The translations under genes and the position numbers were made by a program. Under the pieces are notes generated by a model. It had not been told where the DNA came from, did no database searches, and worked only from the letters and a program-made list of their open reading frames with translations. From an uncultured Candidatus Saccharibacteria bacterium (lineage in GTDB: Bacteria; Patescibacteriota; Minisyncoccia; Phycocordibacterales; UBA918), in NCBI GenBank assembly GCA_964350735.1, contig CAYGKO010000002.1, positions 90,134 through 154,133 of the forward strand: a stretch of 64,000 nt of DNA, written 5' to 3'. Below are positions 58,042-64,000 of this stretch, in pieces; position 1 is the first letter of the stretch; every line of letters starts with the position of its first letter.

Positions 58042-58518
58042 ATGACAACTTTTGTACCAAATAAGCACGTTTTGAAAGCGTTGGAATTAGTTCTCGACCG
58101 GTTCAAGACATTCTCAATGAATGCTGAAGGTCAACAGGAATCAAACTTTAGTCTTCTCAATGAAATATATGAATCGGTGGACAGACCAGATCTTATGGAA
58201 CAATTCTCTCTCAAAATGACCAAACAAACCGGTACTTTTGAAGGTCGCCATGACGCAATAATGCTAATGAAAGAGCGCTACGTACATAGACAACTCCCTG
58301 ACGCCGAACGCGCCGAGTTACATGAGCAGCTCTATGATCTTTTCTACAACCTCTGTCTTGCTAGTCTTCATCACGAGATAGTAAAAGAGCATGATACCGA
58401 TGAAAATAATGTCAGCGCAGACATGCTGGTGTACGGCAAAGCGGCTTGGTTGACCGGCTTACGTCTACCGTTCCAGGGACGACACAACGTCTTTCCTTTT
58501 TCAAACATACAGAGCTAA
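58042..58518 (+). CDS. hypothetical protein
   Basis: 158-aa ORF divergent from the helicase, flanked by the helicase start and a diverged copy of it. Confidence 0.35.
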   Translation: MTTFVPNKHVLKALELVLDRFKTFSMNAEGQQESNFSLLNEIYESVDRPDLMEQFSLKMTKQTGTFEGRHDAIMLMKERYVHRQLPDAERAELHEQLYDLFYNLCLASLHHEIVKEHDTDENNVSADMLVYGKAAWLTGLRLPFQGRHNVFPFSNIQS

Positions 58519-58612
58519 ACTACTGCCGAAAGCCCCCACACTTTCTGGCGGCTTTCTGTTACATCAGCACCTTCTCCCGTTTTTAGAACTTCCAGTGCGC
58601 GATCTTGGGTCA
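58519..58612 (-). pseudogene. truncated remnant of a Pif1-like helicase N-terminus
   Basis: Minus-strand translation VTQDRALEVLKTGEGAD... matches helicase MTQDRALEILKTGGN...; about 80% nt identity over 43 nt to 57911-57953; ends after 31 codons. Confidence 0.45.
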
Positions 58613-58697
58613 CAAGTGCATCACTAAATAGCATTTGCAGACATTCTATATTTTAAATATCACTCACCCAAATCACCACAATACAAAGTGAACGACT

Positions 58698-59399
58698 TTA
58701 ATCACGACTAGTTTCTGTATTGCCATACCACTTAACTAGTTCATCTAATGAAATCACGGCTGTATCGTCCTCTACCCGGAAGTGAAGTTTCTTAAAAATT
58801 TCTGGCTGTGATCGTATCAAGAATGACTTTGCAACAATAGTATCCACTTCATCCAGAAATCCTAAGGTAGTCAGCCGGTGAGCCAACACTCCCATAGCCT
58901 CATGAAATTCAGCCGCCACTTCCAAAATGTTTTTCTCCCCAGGATCCACTGGCTTCATGTGGATTTTAACCATATTTGGTTCAAAATCATATTCAAAAGT
59001 GAATAATTCTGACAACCGAGCCCAGTTCTCCACTGTCTCAGTATCAATAGCACCGTTTGCTAATGCAACCACCTCTGCTAAAGTAAGATTTTTGTTGAAA
59101 AATGATGCCAACTCACTCGACACTTGCTGAATTACTGTTTTTAAATAGTCAGCAGTTTCAATGTCAGTATCATCAATCTTATCGACTAATTTCTGCAATT
59201 CGCTCGCCAACTGTGCGCGACCAAGATTATTAAGTTCATCAATTAACAAATAAACCTCAGCTCCTAGCACTTCAGGCGCATTTTGTATGTCCGCGATTAC
59301 AGAAGAATGGCTCAGTACACTGTCTGCAATAACATATTCCCAATACTCTGGTGAATCAACATTCAGACCAGAATTTGGCTGCTCAATCTTTTCTTTCAT
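58698..59399 (-). CDS. hypothetical protein, paralog A
   Basis: 233 aa; full-length similarity to the 60070 ORF (for example SFLIRSQPEIFKKLHFRVED versus SYLVAQNPNIFRKLGFTVDNE). Confidence 0.45.
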   Translation of the reverse strand: MKEKIEQPNSGLNVDSPEYWEYVIADSVLSHSSVIADIQNAPEVLGAEVYLLIDELNNLGRAQLASELQKLVDKIDDTDIETADYLKTVIQQVSSELASFFNKNLTLAEVVALANGAIDTETVENWARLSELFTFEYDFEPNMVKIHMKPVDPGEKNILEVAAEFHEAMGVLAHRLTTLGFLDEVDTIVAKSFLIRSQPEIFKKLHFRVEDDTAVISLDELVKWYGNTETSRD

Positions 59400-59503
59400 T
59401 CATAGATTTTATCATGGCTGACACTTATTGACTTATAGCATATTTTATGTTATAAAATAACATCCTTGAGAATTCCTCTCGAGGTGTTAAAAGGAGAGGT
59501 GTC

Positions 59504-59878
59504 ATGCGCACCAGAGTACTAGTCTGTTCCTACATCGACAACCATCACGGAACAGGTGGCTTCGCGATCATCAACGGAGTCCCGTTTTTGATTCACGAAA
59601 ACAGGCATGTCGAATTCGAGATGCAAACTGAGACTGCTTCTAAAATGTGGGTCGAGCGTTGCCAGATGGGTGACATTCCGACCTGGGAAGTATTTTCCGC
59701 CTGGTTTGAATACGCCGGACCTGGCACCGACGAGCACGGGAAGAAAATTGATGTTACCCTCGCTGTCGCTCGGATCTTATTCGAGCATGAGTGGCACCAA
59801 GATTATCCCTTACTTAAATCGACACCGCCTCCGGGCACCGTCGAACGACTAGACAATGAAGTCACTGTCAGCGACTAG
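59504..59878 (+). CDS. hypothetical protein
   Basis: 124-aa ORF with AAAAGGAGAGG SD and an upstream promoter-plus-palindrome. Confidence 0.4.
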   Translation: MRTRVLVCSYIDNHHGTGGFAIINGVPFLIHENRHVEFEMQTETASKMWVERCQMGDIPTWEVFSAWFEYAGPGTDEHGKKIDVTLAVARILFEHEWHQDYPLLKSTPPPGTVERLDNEVTVSD

Positions 59879-60069
59879 TCACACGATCTTCATATAAAAG
59901 CCCATCGAAGTATCTGCACCACAGGGTGCGAGTGAGCGTACGCTCAACGTCTCGTTGACGAGACAGTGAATGTGATGGTTTGTCACTACCAAAACAAACC
60001 ACGGTCCACGCGACCATGCCTGACATTAGCGAAAGCTTCTGGAGGGTATTTTTATTTATGGACACTTCC

Positions 60070-60723
60070 CTACTTTTTATACTTCTCAATAAAATCTTTA
60101 GTGCTTACTGAGGCTTTCCAGAACTCTTCATTATCAACTGTAAAGCCGAGTTTGCGAAAAATATTTGGGTTTTGAGCCACTAAATAAGAAGATGCTTTAA
60201 TTTCTGCCACCTCTTTAAATGACTGGTGGCTTTGCAGACGCTCAGCCAGAATGTGAAGACCTTCAAATACAAGACGCATAGATTCTTCAGCCCCTCTGCT
60301 TGCCAAGGCCATTACGTGCAAGTACACGACTGATGAACCTTCCTTGCTTGGAGTCACATGAAGGGCTTCGTTCAATACAAAACCAAGAACCTGCTCAGCT
60401 TCCCGACGATCACTTCTACCTTCTGAATCAATCTTTTCAAGTTCAGCTAAAGTAAAATTAGCTTTCAGGAATTTCTGTAGTAATTTTGCTGCTGCCAACG
60501 GGACATCATCTTCTTCAGTCTGTTCGATAGCAGTGATTAAATCTGCAAAATCTAATTCCGGCGGTGCTGTTGCCTCTAAGTGTTTTTTGAGACTTTGCGC
60601 GACAACAGCTGGTGTTCGATCACCAATTTTAAGACCTTTGGGTAGCTGAGTAACAACTTTATCTAGCAAATAACCAATACCAAATAAACCAACATCTTTT
60701 TCTGATTTTACTCCTTCTTGCAT
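60070..60723 (-). CDS. hypothetical protein, paralog B
   Basis: Start moved to the ATG for MQEGVKSEK; the track N-terminus (61026) is antisense to the Lys-rich region. Confidence 0.4.
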   Translation of the reverse strand: MQEGVKSEKDVGLFGIGYLLDKVVTQLPKGLKIGDRTPAVVAQSLKKHLEATAPPELDFADLITAIEQTEEDDVPLAAAKLLQKFLKANFTLAELEKIDSEGRSDRREAEQVLGFVLNEALHVTPSKEGSSVVYLHVMALASRGAEESMRLVFEGLHILAERLQSHQSFKEVAEIKASSYLVAQNPNIFRKLGFTVDNEEFWKASVSTKDFIEKYKK

Positions 60724-60772
60724 GTCGATAAGATTATCATATCTAGAAAATGATGCGCTATAATACTCAAGT

Positions 60773-62722
60773 ATGAAAGGAGGTTCTTCACGCTCTTTAG
60801 TGATAAAAAGTGCCGATGCTAAAAAGCCGCAACGTAAAGCGGTGAAGAAAGCTGTGCGCAAAAAAGTGATCACTAAAAAAGCAACTCCTAAAACTCCGAA
60901 GCCAGTAGTGAAAAAAACTACCAAGAAAGTAACTCGTAAAGTTACTAAAAAAGTGCCAAAGAAAAAGGTCGTAAAAACTACCAGTACCGCTAAGCCAGTA
61001 CGCCGAGATGAACTCAAAGGACTCAAGCGTGAGCCATTAGGACACCTTTTGATGGAACAATTACTTCAAGAAGCTGGCTTCCGCGGAGTGGTGTCGACTG
61101 ATAAACACTTACTTGATTCGTACAGTACTGACGAAAGTATTTTTGCCGTCCGGCCACAAGTAGTTTTACAGCCACGACACCAAAAGGATGTCGAGACGGC
61201 AGTGCGAGTGATCGCCGAGCAGACCGAGAAGTTTCCCTCTCTTTCCCTGACGCCCCGCGCAGCTGGGACAGGGCTCTCGGGCGGCTCACTCACTGACTCG
61301 CTCGTGATTGATGTGTCTAAGTTTATGCATCAAATCGGGCAAGTAGTACCAAAGAGCGATGGTGCCACTATTTCCTGTAGTCCAGGCGCGATGTGGCGCG
61401 ATGTCGAGAAAGCGCTGAAGAAGCACAATGTCTACATCCCTTCCTTCCCGGCTTCGAAGGACATCTGTACCGTCGGTGGTGCAGTTGGTAACAACGCTGC
61501 TGGTCCTGATTCACTGCGTTACGGACACACCGCGAGCTGGGTACAATCACTCGATATTACCCTACACGATGGTCAGACCTACACCGTCGCCCCCATGACC
61601 TACAAAGAGTTCCAAACTCTGACCAAAAAGAAACATGCCTTCGCCACAATTGCAGCCGAAGTATTCCAGCTCATCGCCAAGAACGAAGCCGAGGTCAAAA
61701 AAGCTAAGCCTCATACCAAGAAAAACTCCGCCGGCTACGCCCTCTGGAACGTACTCAACGGCACCGTTGCAGACTTTAAAAAAGGCAAAGCCACCATGGA
61801 CCTCACCCGTCTAATCTCTGGTAGCCAAGGTACCATTGGAGTCATCACCTCAGTCACTATGAAAGCGATCCCGATCGCCAAGAATACTGAACTGATTGCA
61901 ATCCCGATCTTCAATCTAGCTGACGCTGGTAGTGTGGTAGTAGAAGCGCTCAAGTACGACCCTATCAACGTGGAAGTTTTTGATGGGCTGTCATTCGACC
62001 TGGCGCTCAAGAATCCCGACTTTTTCAAAGATCGCATCAAAGGTTCAGAGTACTATCGTGTCCTCTTGTCTATGTACACCACGTATCACATTCGCTTCAA
62101 ACGAAAGATTCCTGAGTTCACTCTACTCGTTACCGTCGATCAAACTGCCCTTGAAGCGCATGGTGCCCAAAATATCGTCGACAAAATCAAAGCCGCCGGT
62201 GGTGACAAAGCGCGGCTGGTAAAGAATCCGATCGAGCGAGAAATGTACTGGCAAATCCGTCGGGCTAGTTATTCTCTATCTAAATTCCAAGACCCGAACA
62301 AACGCCCCGCTGCCTTCCTTGAAGACATGACGGTTCCACCAAAAAACCTGGCGAAGTTCTTTATGGAGATCAAACAGCTCCTCAAAAAATACAACGTCAC
62401 CGCAGCGGTGCACGGCCATGGTGGTAACGGACACTTCCACTTCTATCCCCTGCTTGATTTCACTAAACAAGGCACGGCGGATATGGTAGAAAAAATGTCC
62501 GAAGAATTTTTCAATACTGCCATTAAATACGACGGCAACATCTGTGGTGAGCACAACGACGGTATCATCCGCACCCCACATCTATCCAAGATGTTCACCA
62601 AGAAAACCCTCGACCTCTTTAAGGCTGTCGAACACCTGTTTGACCCCCAAGACATCTTCAACCCCGGCAAGAAAGTGAATCCAAGATTTGATATCAAAGA
62701 AACCCTCAGAAAAACCAACTAG
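60773..62722 (+). CDS. FAD-linked oxidase (GlcD / D-lactate dehydrogenase family) with Lys-rich histone-H1-like N-terminal extension
   Basis: FAD_binding_4-type region (RPQVVLQPRHQKDVETAVRVI, RAAGTGLSGGS) and C-terminal oxidase domain (HGHGGNGHFHFYPL); N-terminal 80 aa is KKAVKKAVRKKV... low complexity; TATAAT 10 nt upstream. Confidence 0.7.
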   Translation: MKGGSSRSLVIKSADAKKPQRKAVKKAVRKKVITKKATPKTPKPVVKKTTKKVTRKVTKKVPKKKVVKTTSTAKPVRRDELKGLKREPLGHLLMEQLLQEAGFRGVVSTDKHLLDSYSTDESIFAVRPQVVLQPRHQKDVETAVRVIAEQTEKFPSLSLTPRAAGTGLSGGSLTDSLVIDVSKFMHQIGQVVPKSDGATISCSPGAMWRDVEKALKKHNVYIPSFPASKDICTVGGAVGNNAAGPDSLRYGHTASWVQSLDITLHDGQTYTVAPMTYKEFQTLTKKKHAFATIAAEVFQLIAKNEAEVKKAKPHTKKNSAGYALWNVLNGTVADFKKGKATMDLTRLISGSQGTIGVITSVTMKAIPIAKNTELIAIPIFNLADAGSVVVEALKYDPINVEVFDGLSFDLALKNPDFFKDRIKGSEYYRVLLSMYTTYHIRFKRKIPEFTLLVTVDQTALEAHGAQNIVDKIKAAGGDKARLVKNPIEREMYWQIRRASYSLSKFQDPNKRPAAFLEDMTVPPKNLAKFFMEIKQLLKKYNVTAAVHGHGGNGHFHFYPLLDFTKQGTADMVEKMSEEFFNTAIKYDGNICGEHNDGIIRTPHLSKMFTKKTLDLFKAVEHLFDPQDIFNPGKKVNPRFDIKETLRKTN

Positions 62723-62753
62723 TCAATTGTGACAACAACTATACTGGGTAAAT

Positions 62754-63083
62754 TTGTTAAATCGCGCCAACCAGGAGGATCTAGTTATGCGATTCGCTCT
62801 TTTGCTCTTTTGCCTCTTATTTTCCGCCCCAGTCGCTACCGCACACGAGTGGTACGAATACGTATGCTGCAGCGACCAAGACTGCACACAAACCCAAGCC
62901 GAACATATCAAATGGGAAAAAGGTCAATATTACATCTTGTTAGGAAAAACGTGGGAGCCTATCCCTCAGTCAGTTGTCCGTATGAAACCTCATCATGCGC
63001 CAAAAGACGGAAGCTATCACATATGCATTAACCAAGAAACTGGTGAAATGCTTTGCTTCTACATACCCAGCGGGCAAGTCTGA
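62754..63083 (+). CDS. small secreted Cys-containing protein
   Basis: Internal Met followed by a signal peptide (MRFALLLFCLLFSAPVATA) and six Cys. Confidence 0.35.
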   Translation: MLNRANQEDLVMRFALLLFCLLFSAPVATAHEWYEYVCCSDQDCTQTQAEHIKWEKGQYYILLGKTWEPIPQSVVRMKPHHAPKDGSYHICINQETGEMLCFYIPSGQV

Positions 63084-63145
63084 TCGCCAACGGAAGATGC
63101 TTTGTGCTATAAACGTCTTTGGGCGGTCTTTTGTTTTCTCTCGCT

Positions 63146-63592
63146 CTACTTCAGTTTGATTTTAATCAAATTGAACAGTTCGGCTTGAGTTTTTAGTGCC
63201 TTGGCATTATTAGCTATGAAAGCATCATTTTCTAACTTAAGAAAATCTTCGTAAAAAGTGACCGTTGCAAAAGCTAATTTTCCTTTATGGGCAGTCAAAG
63301 TGTGCTCACTGCAAGGGTCACAATCCTTCTGCACTTCCCCTGCTTTAGGTAATTTTTTCAATAATCTAACGATCTCTGCAATCTCTGCTGTTCGACCAAT
63401 ATGATGCATCTGTGCGTCAAAATTATCACGGTCACAATTTTTCGCTGACACCACAATTTCATCGGCTCCCTCAAAATCCAAGGTATACACTGGAGGCGCT
63501 GCTTCAGCTCGACGTATCTCCGCCTGCTTTTCCACGTCCGTCAATTCCTTTTTCTTTGCTTTTCCAAACAAGCGCCCGATAAATGAAAACAT
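63146..63592 (-). CDS. hypothetical protein
   Basis: 148-aa ORF with no recognisable motif. Confidence 0.35.
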   Translation of the reverse strand: MFSFIGRLFGKAKKKELTDVEKQAEIRRAEAAPPVYTLDFEGADEIVVSAKNCDRDNFDAQMHHIGRTAEIAEIVRLLKKLPKAGEVQKDCDPCSEHTLTAHKGKLAFATVTFYEDFLKLENDAFIANNAKALKTQAELFNLIKIKLK

Positions 63593-63760
63593 TATAAAAA
63601 TTTAAAATATAAACCCTCGTTACACACTATCGTATCACGATACCAACATTGAGTTTATCCCTACATTTGGTACTATTTGGCGCACAGTCTGTTTGAGTTT
63701 ATCGAACGGTCTACCACCAGAGCATTTCCATTTTTATACTCCTGGTGGTCATTAAAAAAT

Positions 63761-63832
63761 GGTCCCATCGTCTAACGGCTAGGACACATGGTTCTCATCC
63801 ATGAAATCGGGGTTCGATTCCCCGTGGGATCA
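63761..63832 (+). tRNA. tRNA-Glu (anticodon CUC)
   Basis: Cloverleaf readable by hand: acceptor GGTCCCA/TGGGATC, D-arm GTCT/GGAC with a GG loop, anticodon stem CATGG/CCATG, loop TTCTCAT, 4-nt variable loop, T-arm CGGGG-TTCGATT-CCCCG, discriminator A; CCA not encoded. Confidence 0.85.
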
Positions 63833-64000
63833 CAAACAGATACAAGTCGCTTTTTAAACGGCTTCATTCCCACAGTAAGCTTATATTTCAACATATTTTC
63901 GGACATAAGCAGTTCGGAAAAGATAATTCGTGTGATTTTCTCTCGTTCGGCTGTATTTGCGTGTTCGTAATACATACCAATGTTTTCTAGCAGTTCGGAA

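Noticed and set aside
60724-61026. N-terminal 100 aa of track ORF 60070..61026 (Phe/Thr/Leu-rich TM-like segment)
   Set aside because: It is the reverse complement of the Lys-rich AAA/AAG region of the plus-strand oxidase gene. The paralog alignment starts only at MQEG.
63772-63975. ORFs 63772..63975 (-) and 63788..63970 (+) from the track
   Set aside because: They overlap the tRNA-Glu gene and have no translation signals.
1-64000. CRISPR arrays, IS elements, integrases, restriction-modification or toxin-antitoxin pairs
   Set aside because: There are no regularly spaced direct repeats, no transposase or recombinase motifs, and no methyltransferase motifs in any ORF translation.

Overview
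This 64 kb window is gene-dense on both strands, with roughly 45-48% GC judged by eye. The content is mostly housekeeping, consistent with a small-genome Terrabacteria or Patescibacteria-like bacterium.

Recognisable blocks:
- A chromosome-segregation and cell-envelope cluster: scpA, scpB, an S11 D,D-carboxypeptidase, mraY, ftsW, murG, gltX and an M23 peptidase.
- An oxidative pentose-phosphate operon (zwf, gnd, pgl), plus pgi and a ROK kinase.
- Four aminoacyl-tRNA synthetases: trpS, a type-2 AspRS or AsnRS-like enzyme, gltX and cysS.
- Replication and repair genes: dnaB, recR, rmuC, ung, lexA and a Pif1-like helicase.
- Ribosomal proteins L27, L9 and L21, with L21 and L27 unlinked.
- Ion-handling genes (P-type Ca/Mg ATPase, CaCA antiporter, CorA), a secreted msrAB fusion, and one tRNA-Glu(CUC) at the 3' end.

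I saw no rRNA, CRISPR array, transposase or integrase.

Regulatory features readable from sequence:
- A canonical T-box leader (AGUAGGGUGGCACCGCGA followed by a terminator) upstream of a small ORF and the AspRS gene.
- A perfect Cheo-type SOS box (GAAC-N4-GTTC) inside a consensus promoter driving a small ORF, lexA and an HD hydrolase.
- Many TGnTAnACT extended -10 elements 6-12 nt before start codons, implying leaderless transcripts.
- Numerous long perfect hairpin terminators.

Accessory-looking stretches:
- A low-GC island at about 1.1-4.2 kb: DMT transporter, Cys-rich peptide, unknown protein and an orphan 7TM histidine kinase.
- A GC-rich mini-island of three unknown small proteins at 49.0-50.2 kb.
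- A hypothetical-rich region at 53.4-63.6 kb, where the candidate novel biology sits. It holds the Pif1-like helicase co-oriented with an acidic tandem-repeat peptidoglycan-binding protein and a YgjP peptidase, a diverged duplicate of the helicase 5' end, a duplicated pair of unknown paralogs, and an FAD-linked oxidase carrying a histone-H1-like lysine-rich N-terminus.

All calls rest on reading the sequence and the supplied ORF translations; no database search was run. The ORF track uses ATG, GTG and TTG starts, so several starts below were moved to a downstream ATG where noted.
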